The notes below the pieces were generated by a model. The model saw only the letters and a list, made by a program, of their open reading frames with translations, was not told where the DNA came from and made no database searches. A stretch of DNA of 64,000 nucleotides from an uncultured Gammaproteobacteria bacterium (lineage in GTDB: Bacteria; Patescibacteriota; Patescibacteriia; UBA9934; GWF2-40-263). Made by a program: the position numbers and the translations under genes. Where the stretch lies: contig CAYNRK010000001.1 in NCBI GenBank assembly GCA_964399675.1, positions 137,221 to 201,220 on the forward strand, written 5' to 3'. Of this stretch, positions 27,345-37,075 are shown piece by piece (the stretch's first letter is position 1; each line of letters opens with the position of its first letter).

Positions 27345-27812
27345 ATGTCACAAATAGAAAAAACAGTGGTTCTTCTAAAACCTGATGCATTGCAAAGAGA
27401 TTTGCTTGGAAGCATTGTGTCTCGTTTTGAGAGAAAGGGTTTAAAAATAATTGCAATGAAGTTTATTAGATTGTCTGATGAGCTTTTAGATGAGCATTAT
27501 TCTCATCATGCTGACAAGTCATTTTTTGGTGATCTAAAAAAGTTCATGATGCAAACACCGGTTGTTGGAATGGTTTTTGAAGGACACGATGCTATTTCCG
27601 AAGTGAGAAAAATTGTTGGTTCAACTGATCCTAGAAAAGCAGATGCAGGAACTATTCGCGCTGACTTTTCAATGAACATGCCATCAAATCTGATTCACGC
27701 ATCAGACTCATTAGAAACCGCACAAACAGAAGTTGAGCGATTTTTTAAAGAAGACGAGTTGTTCTCATACGAGAAAATAACCGATAAGTACATTTTTGGA
27801 GAGGGGATTTAA
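27345..27812 (+). CDS. ndk: Nucleoside diphosphate kinase
   Basis: LKPDA, GTIRADF, NLIHASDS. Confidence 0.95.
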   Translation: MSQIEKTVVLLKPDALQRDLLGSIVSRFERKGLKIIAMKFIRLSDELLDEHYSHHADKSFFGDLKKFMMQTPVVGMVFEGHDAISEVRKIVGSTDPRKADAGTIRADFSMNMPSNLIHASDSLETAQTEVERFFKEDELFSYEKITDKYIFGEGI

Positions 27813-27961
27813 GAGAAAATAAAAAACAGACCGCAGAGGGCCTGCCCGCCCGCCGAAGCTCTGAAAGAGCGAAGGCGGGTTTTTTTTTGGTTTGGATATT
27901 TAAGATTGACTTTTTTGAGATTTTTGATTATCGTGACATTCGCCTGGCATTGAGGAGGGGT

Positions 27962-29095
27962 ATGTATAGCTGGCAGGAACTTCAGCGACTGCATTCAGAC
28001 TGGGTGAAGATTCATAAAGGAGCAATCGACAAACGAAGAGCACTGCTTGATAGCGCGTCGTTTATGGATCGTTGGTTGTTCATCAACGCGATCCAGACCG
28101 TGCGAACAGGTCGCATGCGACTTGTTACCAACTGCGCGTACGGCTTTGCCGATCAGCTCTATCTGGATGCTAGTGTTGCTGCAACACCTCATCTTGATAG
28201 GTTGCTTGATCTGGCACTAAAGCCTGGGCCAGATGGTCAACCCGATCCTCAAAGGTGGTTTGAGGGCATTAGCCTTTTCGATCAAGCAATCGCAATTACT
28301 AAGATCGAAAAAGAAGAACCGCTTGAGAGAATTGGTCGCGTTCTTGACATGTTTGTTGATCTGCTTGAGCGAGAGATCTTCACTGGAGAGTTCAACAAGA
28401 TCGACTTCTACGCATACCATGATCCAGAACAAGAGTTTGTGGTAGCGCGTGAGAATGTTGGGATTGGCAAACACCTTACTCGTCCAGGACTTCAGAGACG
28501 CAAGTCCAGACTCGCTTGTAGGCAGGTGCAAAAAGGAAGCATTGCCTACATGCATCACAGGATCAAGGATCCCTTTCTGACATGGCTCAAAATGCAGCGT
28601 CAATGCAAGTTGGCCAGGAAAGAGGATGTCTTCAGCATTAATGATCGTTGCGGCTTGACCAAGGTTGTTCCAACCCAGCAAGATGTTCTGGCCTTGTGGG
28701 GAAGCATACGTCGGCTTGTTGTGGTTAGTGGTGGAACCATCACACAAGAACTTCGCGCTAACTACAACATTGGTGAACCACTTGATGAGGAAAACGGTTC
28801 TTCATCAAGCAAGTATCGATTTGCTCAGGCGTGTTTTGTTTGGCAGGGAGTGGAAATCGAACTTCAGTTCATGACTTTCCACGACTACTTCACAAGCCTT
28901 CGATCACTCTCAGAAGCAAACCACGAACTCTACAAAATCCGTCAGGCTTACAACCACACCTTTCCTCTTATTTGGCCGGTTCAAATCTACGAAGTGAATT
29001 GGTCAAATCCTTACGTTCGTCATCAGATGTCAGCTTGGAAACAGGCGCAACTTGGTTGGCGGGTCAACGGGGACTCTTCGGAACGCTCAAGCTAA
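27962..29095 (+). CDS. RelA/SpoT-like nucleotidyltransferase domain protein
   Basis: HRIKD, NDRCGL, SKYR, EIELQFMT and HELYKIRQ in the order of RelA/SpoT synthetase motifs; SD GAGGAGG. Confidence 0.6.
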   Translation: MYSWQELQRLHSDWVKIHKGAIDKRRALLDSASFMDRWLFINAIQTVRTGRMRLVTNCAYGFADQLYLDASVAATPHLDRLLDLALKPGPDGQPDPQRWFEGISLFDQAIAITKIEKEEPLERIGRVLDMFVDLLEREIFTGEFNKIDFYAYHDPEQEFVVARENVGIGKHLTRPGLQRRKSRLACRQVQKGSIAYMHHRIKDPFLTWLKMQRQCKLARKEDVFSINDRCGLTKVVPTQQDVLALWGSIRRLVVVSGGTITQELRANYNIGEPLDEENGSSSSKYRFAQACFVWQGVEIELQFMTFHDYFTSLRSLSEANHELYKIRQAYNHTFPLIWPVQIYEVNWSNPYVRHQMSAWKQAQLGWRVNGDSSERSS

Positions 29096-29122
29096 GGGCG
29101 TTTCTTTCTTTTGCCCGATTGG

Positions 29123-30199
29123 TTAATAAGACACAAAATTTTTAAGGAATTCGAAAATTTCTAGCATGTCAGCCAAGTTTGCTTCTTCTGTATATTGATG
29201 GGCATTATAGTAGCCAGAACCAATTGGCACGCAAGTGATGCCATTGGCATTAAAAACGTTTGCATCAGATCCGCCAAACGTTTCAAAGTAGTTTGGTTTC
29301 AGATTTATTTTCTTAAAAGTTTCTTCCAGGAGTTCAAAGAGTTCGTGATCTTGTGTTAGCTGGTAACCCTCGAATTCGAGTTGTTGATCGATCTTGCATT
29401 CTGCATTGTGCTTTGCAATTACATCTTTGATTGTTTTTTCAATGCGCTTGCCTTCGCTTACAACTTTGTCAGTGTCAAAACTTCTAAGCTCTGCTTTGAA
29501 CTTTGCAGATCCCGGCACGCTGTTGCGCGCTGTTCCTGATTCAAACATTCCAACATTCCATGTCACACCTTCGGCGCTGTGTCCCCATGGCAAGGACATC
29601 AAAGCATCACTCATTGCATGCAACGCATTGATGCCGAGTTCTGGTTCTCGAGGGTGAACAATCTTTCCAATACACTCAGCATCAATTTTAACAAAGGCTG
29701 GTGCTCGCGTAACAACTTGTGTGACAGGACCATCTTCATCAAGTACAAGTCCGATTTTTGCAGTGAGAAGATTATAGTCAGCCTTTAATGCTCCAAACAG
29801 CCCAGTCTCTTCTCCACGAGTTAGCAAAACCTCAATCGGCCTGTGTGTGGAATGATCTTGGTCTGCCATGTAGATTAAAAATTCAATTAAAACAGCAAGT
29901 CCTGTTTTTGGATCAGCACCTAGAATACCGGTTCCATTTGAGCGAATTACATCACCATCAATTGTGTAATCTGGATTTGGAAGCGATTCAGGAATATCAA
30001 GATGCGTGGAAAGTAAGATTGCTTTGCCATTGCCTGGGATTTTGGCAATGATATTTCTAAAGCCATCTTGCTCATGATTAACATTCGCCTCAGTGAGGCG
30101 ATTTTGCGTATAAGTAATTATTTCTTTTTCGTTTGGGTAGATCTCGTTAATGTGAACTAGATCCAGAAAAGTTTTTTTGAGTTGGTTTTTTGTAATCAT
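29123..30199 (-). CDS. M20 peptidase (peptidase T-like)
   Basis: STHLD, LGADPK, GEETGL, GGSDAN, HQYTE. Confidence 0.88.
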   Translation of the reverse strand: MITKNQLKKTFLDLVHINEIYPNEKEIITYTQNRLTEANVNHEQDGFRNIIAKIPGNGKAILLSTHLDIPESLPNPDYTIDGDVIRSNGTGILGADPKTGLAVLIEFLIYMADQDHSTHRPIEVLLTRGEETGLFGALKADYNLLTAKIGLVLDEDGPVTQVVTRAPAFVKIDAECIGKIVHPREPELGINALHAMSDALMSLPWGHSAEGVTWNVGMFESGTARNSVPGSAKFKAELRSFDTDKVVSEGKRIEKTIKDVIAKHNAECKIDQQLEFEGYQLTQDHELFELLEETFKKINLKPNYFETFGGSDANVFNANGITCVPIGSGYYNAHQYTEEANLADMLEIFEFLKNFVSY

Positions 30200-30263
30200 A
30201 TTGTCATGTGCATACTTTTATGATTGCACAAAAGTCTGCACACGAGAAGAAGAAAGAAAGGGT

Positions 30264-30296
30264 GTGAGGCGGCAGACAGCCCGTCTGCCGCCTCAC
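30264..30296 (-). terminator. Terminator after ATP-grasp/methyltransferase operon
   Basis: gtgaggcggcagac-loop-gtctgccgcctcac followed by a U-rich tract on the minus strand. Confidence 0.7.
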
Positions 30297-31126
30297 GTCG
30301 TTGTTGAGTTGCCAAGCCACCAGGTTGACCGGGCAATCATGCCCAGCTCGCCTGTGTCTAGCTTGTAGTAGGGATTGAGATCGGTTGCCTTGCCGCACGA
30401 ATGTACGGGCATGCCAACCCTTGCGAAGTGGTCGACGACCTGATCGTCACCCAAGATGAGCTTTTGGTACGCACCGCGCCAGACCTTGCGGTCGGTAGCG
30501 CGGTCGGTGACCTTGACATTGATTGTCATGATGCCTGTTGTTGGGTCAAAGCGTGGGGTGCGTGCGTCGTTGACAGGGGTGCCGTCGAGTTCAGCTTGCC
30601 AGACAACAGTTTTCCCAACACGACATCGATCAAGGTAGCCTTGTCCGATGAAGTCCATGAGAAACGCTCCGTCTTTTGCCAGCGGATCGATCATGCCGCG
30701 CGTGATGCGCAGCAGGAGATCCGGATCAACAACATCACCGAAGGAGTTGCCAAGCAAGATACTCGCATCGAAGCGTTCATTAGTGCGCCATGTGGTGAGA
30801 TCTCCAATGTGGAGTTGGACACGTGGATCTTGGCCGTGGCTTTTGAGAGCCTTGGCCACGCACTTTGGCGAAAGATCTACACCAACGATTCGTTGAACAC
30901 CGGACCACAGCAGAGCGTTGATGTGTCTGCCCGTGCCAAAACAGGGCAGGAAGACGCTCCTGGGTACGTGGCCAATAAGTCGGATGGCAGTTCCGACTTC
31001 AGCCCAGGCAAGCGCGCTGTTGTCATGGACATCTCTATCGAGCTGTTCCATCACGTCATAGTGACGCGCAACATCGAACTGGGCCGGAGGTTCTGTTCTG
31101 TGTTGATGAGCGGTAGCTTGCATCAC
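30293..31126 (-). CDS. Class I SAM-dependent methyltransferase
   Basis: LPCFGTGRH, VGVDLS, GDL and LGNSFG motifs; 4-bp overlap with upstream gene. Confidence 0.85.
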   Translation of the reverse strand: MMQATAHQHRTEPPAQFDVARHYDVMEQLDRDVHDNSALAWAEVGTAIRLIGHVPRSVFLPCFGTGRHINALLWSGVQRIVGVDLSPKCVAKALKSHGQDPRVQLHIGDLTTWRTNERFDASILLGNSFGDVVDPDLLLRITRGMIDPLAKDGAFLMDFIGQGYLDRCRVGKTVVWQAELDGTPVNDARTPRFDPTTGIMTINVKVTDRATDRKVWRGAYQKLILGDDQVVDHFARVGMPVHSCGKATDLNPYYKLDTGELGMIARSTWWLGNSTTT

Positions 31127-33051
31127 TCCCCTTGGTAGATGACCGGACCCTCTTCAGCGTCGTCAGCGCCGTGGATTCGGAAGCTACCGGTTCGCAGGGT
31201 CATGGTGGATCCAACAAGATCGACATGACCATCCGTTTCCGCGTCCCCTGAGAAGAGGAAGAACGGAGTCAGACGCGTGCGCGCACCACGATCGAGCCGG
31301 ACGTTGCCATCACTGTCGCGGTAGGCCACGGTGTAGCGATGCGAAGCAATGATGTGCTGGGCCACAACCGGGTGGGGGAGTCTGGCTCGCACAGCAAGCT
31401 CTTTTTCCCATTTCATCTGATTCTGAGCCTGGCTGCCAAGCGAAAGGCTGCGTGCACCCCAGGACTTGTTGTCGCCGTCCCAGGCACCGAACTTGGTCAG
31501 CCAGAGATGTCGCTCGTCTCTCACTTGTGGGAGAACACGATCGAGCAGACGCGTCTCTGCCACACAGTTATGCAATGTGGTGAGCGCTGCGGGATCGCGG
31601 CTTTTGATCCAGTGCATCACGTTCGGGTGCCAGAGCGCGGCCATGAGAGCCTTGTTTTCCAGACAGTGCCAGAGCGGGTTCATCATGAAGGTATCTTGGC
31701 TGTCCCAGGCGACCAGTTGATCCAGTCCTCCTGTGTTGACGAAGTTGTCGAAGTAGCCGAAGCGGAAGACAACTGTGTTCGGACCGAGCGTTTGAGGGAA
31801 ACCCTCGTCGCTGCCGTGAACGAATTCGTCGAACCCGAGCGCTTTGAGACGCCCCAGGAAGTCGCTGTTCCATGTGGCCTTGGCTGCATCAGACATGTTG
31901 TCGTGTGGCCACCAGCCTTTCCGTGTCAGCTTTGAGGGGCCGCCGCGCTGGCGAACCGCATCGTGGATCTGTTGAAGGGGCGTGTCGAACCAGATCTCGG
32001 CATCAAGGCCGCGCTCGCGAAGAGCAGCAACGAAGACGGCCTGATCCCACACGTACTCAGCCCATTCGTTGGTGGCGAACACGATGAGTTTGCGACCATC
32101 CAGTAGACGGACGTAACCGTCCAGCATGGTTGTGTCCAGTCCGTAGCCGAGCTCCATGGCGTGCGACATACCCTGTCCGGCAGGGCAAGATTCGAACTCA
32201 GTGATGACCGGGCGGAGTACGCCAGTCACCGGGTCCTTGACCACTACGATGTCCGGTCGCATGAGCATGACCGGGCCGCCTTGCATGAGTGCGGGAATAC
32301 GATCCGGGCGGCCATGATTGAGGATGTGCTGGACGCCGGGATTGCTTTTGTGCAGCGCATGGATCGCCTTGAATGCGAGTGCAAGCGCTTGCCCAAGCTC
32401 TCCCAACTTGTCCAGGAAGTACGTGGGCAGGGTGAAGGGATCGATGAGCTGGCGCCAGGAGACGCCACTGAGCCCTTTGTACCCAATACCAGTCTTGTTC
32501 ATGCGAACGCGCGCGGCCTCGACCTTGTCGCCGGCCGGTTGATTGACTCGGCGGACATGGGGTCCAGCGGCTTCTGCTTCTTGCCAGCCGTCAACGAGCT
32601 CAGGCTCGATGAGCAGGGCATCAGCCAGGTTGAGGCCATGGCCTCCAACTGTGGGCATGTTCTGGATGTCTACCCAGCGGCGCTCGATCGGATGCTCCAG
32701 GGGGCGACCTCGCCTGCCTTTTGTGTCGGTTCGACTTCCTGTTGTCCAGTCAAAACCGAGCATTGCGAACTTCACCTTCAGCGCGTCCAGGATAGGTCCG
32801 TTCTTGGGCCAGGTATCTGACTGTGCTGGAATGGCTACTCCGTTGTCTGGTAGTGTGCTGCCGCTGAGCACCTTGTTGCGCCATTCCCTTGTGGAGCGCT
32901 TGACACCGGATCCTCTCTCAGGACCACTGAGACCATGCTTGCGTCGCATCTCAAGCACCCTTTCGGGCACCACGACCGTGCTCTGGCCTCGTCGGCGTCT
33001 GGTGTTCCAAGTTGCGCCAGTTGTCTGGGAGGTCCTCGTGACTGAGTGCAT
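31123..33051 (-). CDS. Glutathionylspermidine synthase-like / circularly permuted ATP-grasp-type ligase
   Basis: MRPDIVV..VITEFESCPAGQG, ENKALMAALW and VVAQHII resemble ATP-grasp motifs; GC-rich. Confidence 0.6.
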   Translation of the reverse strand: MHSVTRTSQTTGATWNTRRRRGQSTVVVPERVLEMRRKHGLSGPERGSGVKRSTREWRNKVLSGSTLPDNGVAIPAQSDTWPKNGPILDALKVKFAMLGFDWTTGSRTDTKGRRGRPLEHPIERRWVDIQNMPTVGGHGLNLADALLIEPELVDGWQEAEAAGPHVRRVNQPAGDKVEAARVRMNKTGIGYKGLSGVSWRQLIDPFTLPTYFLDKLGELGQALALAFKAIHALHKSNPGVQHILNHGRPDRIPALMQGGPVMLMRPDIVVVKDPVTGVLRPVITEFESCPAGQGMSHAMELGYGLDTTMLDGYVRLLDGRKLIVFATNEWAEYVWDQAVFVAALRERGLDAEIWFDTPLQQIHDAVRQRGGPSKLTRKGWWPHDNMSDAAKATWNSDFLGRLKALGFDEFVHGSDEGFPQTLGPNTVVFRFGYFDNFVNTGGLDQLVAWDSQDTFMMNPLWHCLENKALMAALWHPNVMHWIKSRDPAALTTLHNCVAETRLLDRVLPQVRDERHLWLTKFGAWDGDNKSWGARSLSLGSQAQNQMKWEKELAVRARLPHPVVAQHIIASHRYTVAYRDSDGNVRLDRGARTRLTPFFLFSGDAETDGHVDLVGSTMTLRTGSFRIHGADDAEEGPVIYQGE

Positions 33052-33145
33052 TCAACTTTCTCCGTCTGAATCTGTGTTCTGGTTTTCCGCTCGCAAAACC
33101 GTTTTTAAGTGACAGTATTGTGAGCAGGAAACAGAACAAGATCCA

Positions 33146-33182
33146 GAAAAGAAAATCGCTACGGGTTTTTCCGTAGCGATTT
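33146..33182 (-). terminator. Attenuator-type terminator upstream of ATP-grasp operon
   Basis: aaatcgctacgg-loop-ccgtagcgattttcttttct. Confidence 0.75.
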
Positions 33183-33205
33183 ATCTGACTGTTTGTTTAA
33201 ACAGT

Positions 33206-33313
33206 TTAAAGCTTATGCATACGGAAAGAAATTGGAGTCATAACAAAAAGAACGCGGATAGATCGCATCCAATATGTCAAACAAAGATTTTCTTTCTTTC
33301 CGATTGAAATCAT
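33206..33313 (-). CDS. Putative leader peptide MISIGKKENLCLTYWMRSIRVLFVMTPISFRMHKL
   Basis: 35-codon ORF directly after TTGACA(33346-33351)-17-TAGCCT, ending just before the terminator. Confidence 0.55.
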   Translation of the reverse strand: MISIGKKENLCLTYWMRSIRVLFVMTPISFRMHKL

Positions 33314-33770
33314 ACTCAAATAAGGCTATACGATCTTAAATTAGTTGTCAAATAGTTTATTTGTTCAAGAGAACAAGCTTGTGAATGATCCTGTGGAAAA
33401 AAAGTGGACAGATACTCCTTTTCAAACTTGCGAAATTCTGTCAGGATGATAAGTTTAATATGCCTTTCGGATAGATGGGTTCGTCTCAAAATTACAAATA
33501 ACACTTTGGTCTGGGAATGCTCGGTTTCGACAGGGCAACAGGACCTAACGGTTTTTCTGAGAATCGCTGACGACATGGTGGGTACGACAAGCTGCCATCA
33601 TCGCAACGCTCTTGGATCGGAACAGTCTTGAGCTGATCTGGAAAGATTTGTACCAAAACCGGATGATATTCCAAAAATCAATTGGGACACCCATTTATCC
33701 GTCAGGCACCAAAAAATTATGAAAAATGATAAGATGAGTTGAGTCAATCAACTTTTTTTTAATACCGACT

Positions 33771-34223
33771 ATGCAGATAACAAGCCCGGCTTTTAATCAT
33801 AAAAAACAAATCCCACCTTTGTTTACTTGTGATGGAGAAAATACAAGCCCACCACTTGAGTTTCATAATGTGCCAGAGGGAACAGAATCGCTTGCGCTCA
33901 TAATGGAAGATCCGGATGTGCCAAAACATTTGCGAGAAGACGGGATGTGGGATCATTGGATTATTTGGAACATGCCAGCCAACACAACAGTGATTGAAGA
34001 AGGATCAAAACCAAACGGTGTAGTTGGTCTTTCAACAAGGCAAGTAAACGAATACGGTGGTCCGTGTCCACCAGATAGAGAACATAGATATTTCTTTTAT
34101 TTGTACGCACTTGACAGCAAACTTGATCTTCCTGAATCATCAACAAAAGCAGATTTACTTTCTGCAATGAAAGGTCATGTTATTGAAAAAGCAGAATTAA
34201 TGGGAAGGTATGAAAGACAATAA
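33771..34223 (+). CDS. YbhB/YbcL Raf kinase inhibitor-like (PEBP) protein
   Basis: TCDGENTSPPL, DPDVP, HWIIWN, YGGPCPP. Confidence 0.93.
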   Translation: MQITSPAFNHKKQIPPLFTCDGENTSPPLEFHNVPEGTESLALIMEDPDVPKHLREDGMWDHWIIWNMPANTTVIEEGSKPNGVVGLSTRQVNEYGGPCPPDREHRYFFYLYALDSKLDLPESSTKADLLSAMKGHVIEKAELMGRYERQ

Positions 34224-34590
34224 AACACCTTCAATGGTTTACTTGAGAATTTTTGTTCATACTCTAATAGCATGGACAATTGTGTTGGTTGTGCAATTGT
34301 TGTTAATAGACGCATCTTCTTGGCTTTTTGTTTTAGGCCACTATATTGCTGCAGTAATTGTTTTTGGTTATTCATTTCGTCTCTTTTTCAAAACAGAAAA
34401 AAAACTTACCTCATATCATGTCACCCTTGTTGCATTGACGTTTTTTCTATTTGCAGAGGCGGTTTATTGGATTGGGTTTTATAATGGAGAACAGAATTAC
34501 TTGAATTTTGTTAATTGGATGTTGCCGGCATTTTTAATTGTCAGCACGATTTATATGGTTGGTTTTACAAAGCAAAAGAAATTATTTTAA
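34210..34590 (+). CDS. Small membrane protein
   Basis: 4 hydrophobic segments; paralog of 37784-38137. Confidence 0.7.
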   Translation: MKDNKTPSMVYLRIFVHTLIAWTIVLVVQLLLIDASSWLFVLGHYIAAVIVFGYSFRLFFKTEKKLTSYHVTLVALTFFLFAEAVYWIGFYNGEQNYLNFVNWMLPAFLIVSTIYMVGFTKQKKLF

Positions 34591-34595
34591 GCGCT

Positions 34596-34970
34596 ATGGC
34601 CAAGCCAATATTTTTATTTGATGCAGACTGTGAGTTTTGTCAATATTGGAAAAATCGCTGGCAAAAAACTGTTGGAGAAAGTGTTGATTTTCAATCAATA
34701 CAAAGTGCAGCCGATCGCTTCCCTCAAATTTCAAAAAAAGATCTTGAAAACTCCTCGCAGTTTATTGATGAAAAAGGTATTGTTTATTCAGGAGCAAAAG
34801 GTGTGTTTGAGATGTTAGCTTGTTCTCCAAAAAAACAATGGCCAAAATGGTTGTATGATCGCATTGCGTTTTTTAGATTAGTTTCAGAATTTGTTTACAA
34901 GAAAATATCTTCATGCAAAATTTGTGCTACAAAATTTATGAAATTCTTTTTAAGAAAAAAACATTTATAA
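34596..34970 (+). CDS. DCC1-like thiol-disulfide oxidoreductase (DUF393)
   Basis: N-terminal FDADCEFC (DxxCxxC). Confidence 0.8.
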   Translation: MAKPIFLFDADCEFCQYWKNRWQKTVGESVDFQSIQSAADRFPQISKKDLENSSQFIDEKGIVYSGAKGVFEMLACSPKKQWPKWLYDRIAFFRLVSEFVYKKISSCKICATKFMKFFLRKKHL

Positions 34971-34976
34971 AAATAT

Positions 34977-35177
34977 ATGACTCAACAAAGCTATTTAAAA
35001 ATTTCCGGTTTCCTTTTTGTGATCGTGGCCATTGTGCATGGTGTACGTATCTTTAATAGTTGGCCAATGGTGTTTGGGCCATATCAGATTTCAATGTGGT
35101 TTTCTTGGGTTGCTGCAATCATAACCGGCATCCTGGGCTTGCATGCGCTTTGGTACGCAAGTCGGTATAAATATTAA
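34977..35177 (+). CDS. Small membrane protein
   Basis: Two TM helices; operon context. Confidence 0.65.
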   Translation: MTQQSYLKISGFLFVIVAIVHGVRIFNSWPMVFGPYQISMWFSWVAAIITGILGLHALWYASRYKY

Positions 35178-35295
35178 TGGCAGTTTTTTATAAGAGGCTG
35201 AAAAACAGTCTCTTTTTTGGTTTCATCCACAAAAAGGGTTAACTGAAATCAAAATTTATGGTAAACTTTTGCCCGTTTTTAATATAAGAAATTTT

Positions 35296-36693
35296 ATGTT
35301 TACTATTCTTCAAAAAGTTCGATCTCAGAAAAAGCTTTACATAATCTCACTCGCCTTTTTGCTCGCAATTGTTGCTTCTCAACTTTTTGCTTCAAGTGGT
35401 ACTGAGGGCCATGGTGCAAGCACAACAATCCTTTGGATCGCAGTCGTTCTCATTGCTGCCAAACTTGCAAGTCTGGTTGAGCGAATCGGCCAACCCGCTG
35501 TTTTAGGGGAGCTTGTTATGGGAGTGATTCTTGGAAATTTGTTTTTGTTAGGCATTGATTTGTTTGAACCACTTAAGCACGACAGCATTCTCAAATTTCT
35601 TTCTGAACTTGGTGTGATCATTTTGTTATTCCAGATTGGGCTTGAGTCAAACATTCAAGAAATGAAAAAAGTTGGTGTGCGAGCTCTTCTGGTTGCCATT
35701 ATTGGAGTAGTTGCTCCGTTTGTGCTTGGAACGTATATTGTTGGACCTTGGCTTATGCCAGGACTTGAAAGCACGGCTTATTTATTTTTAGGAGCAGCAC
35801 TTACTGCAACATCTGTTGGAATCACTGCACGTGTGTTTAAAGATCTTGGAAAGTTGCAGATTCCAGAAGCGCAAATCGTTCTTGGGGCAGCTGTGTTTGA
35901 TGATGTTTTTGGATTGATTATCTTGGCGGTTGTTAGCGCGATTGCAACTGTTGGAGCAGTTAGCTTTGGAATAGTCAGTTGGATTGTTGCAAAAGCAATT
36001 TTGTTTTTGGTTGGATCAATTGTTTTGGGTGCGCTTGGTGCACCAACTCTTGGAAAGTTTTTTTCAAAGGTTCACACAGGCGTTGGAATGAAGTTCACAC
36101 TTGCTGTGTCGTTTTGTCTTGTGTTTGCCTATGTGGCAGGATTGATCGGGTTAGCTCCAATTATTGGAGCGTTTGCAGCCGGGCTTGTTCTTGATCCAAT
36201 GCACTTCCGTTATTTTAAAGCACCAAAAATGGTTCGCGATGTTCGAAAGGTTGTCAATGAGCACGTTAAAGAACACGATGATGATAATCATTTGAAAAAG
36301 GAAATGAACAAGGCGATTGAACATCATTCACATCGTCATATTGAAGATTTGATTGAGCCGCTTGCATACTTCTTGGTTCCGATCTTTTTCATCCTAACCG
36401 GGACTGAAGTGTCACTTGCAACTTTTGGAAATGTAAGCATCCTTTGGGTTGCGCTTGCAATCACACTTGTTGCAATCATTGGAAAGTATGTTGCGGGTTG
36501 GGTTGCTGGTCCTGTAAATAAAGCAATTGTGGGAGTTGGTATGATTCCTCGTGGAGAAGTTGGACTTATTTTTGCAGCAATTGGAAAAGGTTTGGGAGTG
36601 CTTTCAGATGATTTGTTTTCAGTGATTGTTGTGATGGTGATTCTAACAACACTTCTTGCCCCACCAGTACTTGCAAGGCAACTCAAGAAGTAA
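35296..36693 (+). CDS. Cation:proton antiporter (CPA2 family)
   Basis: GQPAVLGEL, ATSVGIT, AAVFDD, GMIPRGEVGL; His-rich loop insertion. Confidence 0.92.
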   Translation: MFTILQKVRSQKKLYIISLAFLLAIVASQLFASSGTEGHGASTTILWIAVVLIAAKLASLVERIGQPAVLGELVMGVILGNLFLLGIDLFEPLKHDSILKFLSELGVIILLFQIGLESNIQEMKKVGVRALLVAIIGVVAPFVLGTYIVGPWLMPGLESTAYLFLGAALTATSVGITARVFKDLGKLQIPEAQIVLGAAVFDDVFGLIILAVVSAIATVGAVSFGIVSWIVAKAILFLVGSIVLGALGAPTLGKFFSKVHTGVGMKFTLAVSFCLVFAYVAGLIGLAPIIGAFAAGLVLDPMHFRYFKAPKMVRDVRKVVNEHVKEHDDDNHLKKEMNKAIEHHSHRHIEDLIEPLAYFLVPIFFILTGTEVSLATFGNVSILWVALAITLVAIIGKYVAGWVAGPVNKAIVGVGMIPRGEVGLIFAAIGKGLGVLSDDLFSVIVVMVILTTLLAPPVLARQLKK

Positions 36694-36713
36694 AAACAAC
36701 CCCGATAGATTAT

Positions 36714-36929
36714 ATGGCAAAAAAGAGACCAAAGGTCAGTTACGATTCAGATGCAAAGATTCTTTCTATAAGAGTTTCGTCTAAAAAAAGTGTGGATTCA
36801 GATATTCATGGTAATGTTGTTGTTGATTATGGAAAAGACGGACAACTTGTGAACGTTGACATTATGGACATATCGCTCTCGGAGTTTAAACGAGAACCAG
36901 TTATTAGAAAAATAATCGCCACAGTATAA
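36714..36929 (+). CDS. DUF2283-like small protein
   Basis: YDSDAKILSI...VVVDYGKDGQLVNVDI pattern. Confidence 0.7.
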   Translation: MAKKRPKVSYDSDAKILSIRVSSKKSVDSDIHGNVVVDYGKDGQLVNVDIMDISLSEFKREPVIRKIIATV

Positions 36930-37075
36930 AAGTTTTTTAATAAAAAAATCAAAAAACCGGCCTTAGGTCGGTTTTTTAAATTGGATTTTTTTGATATAAT
37001 AATTTCTGTCCAAACACCGGCTTGGTTGCGCATAGCCAAGAAGGGCATTGAACAACGAGCGACAAGGAGGACACC

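Noticed and set aside
30401-33112. Long + strand ORFs opposite the ATP-grasp operon, and similar ORFs at 36.8 kb and 46-49 kb
   Set aside because: Expected antisense open frames in GC-rich genes; no motifs or SD sites
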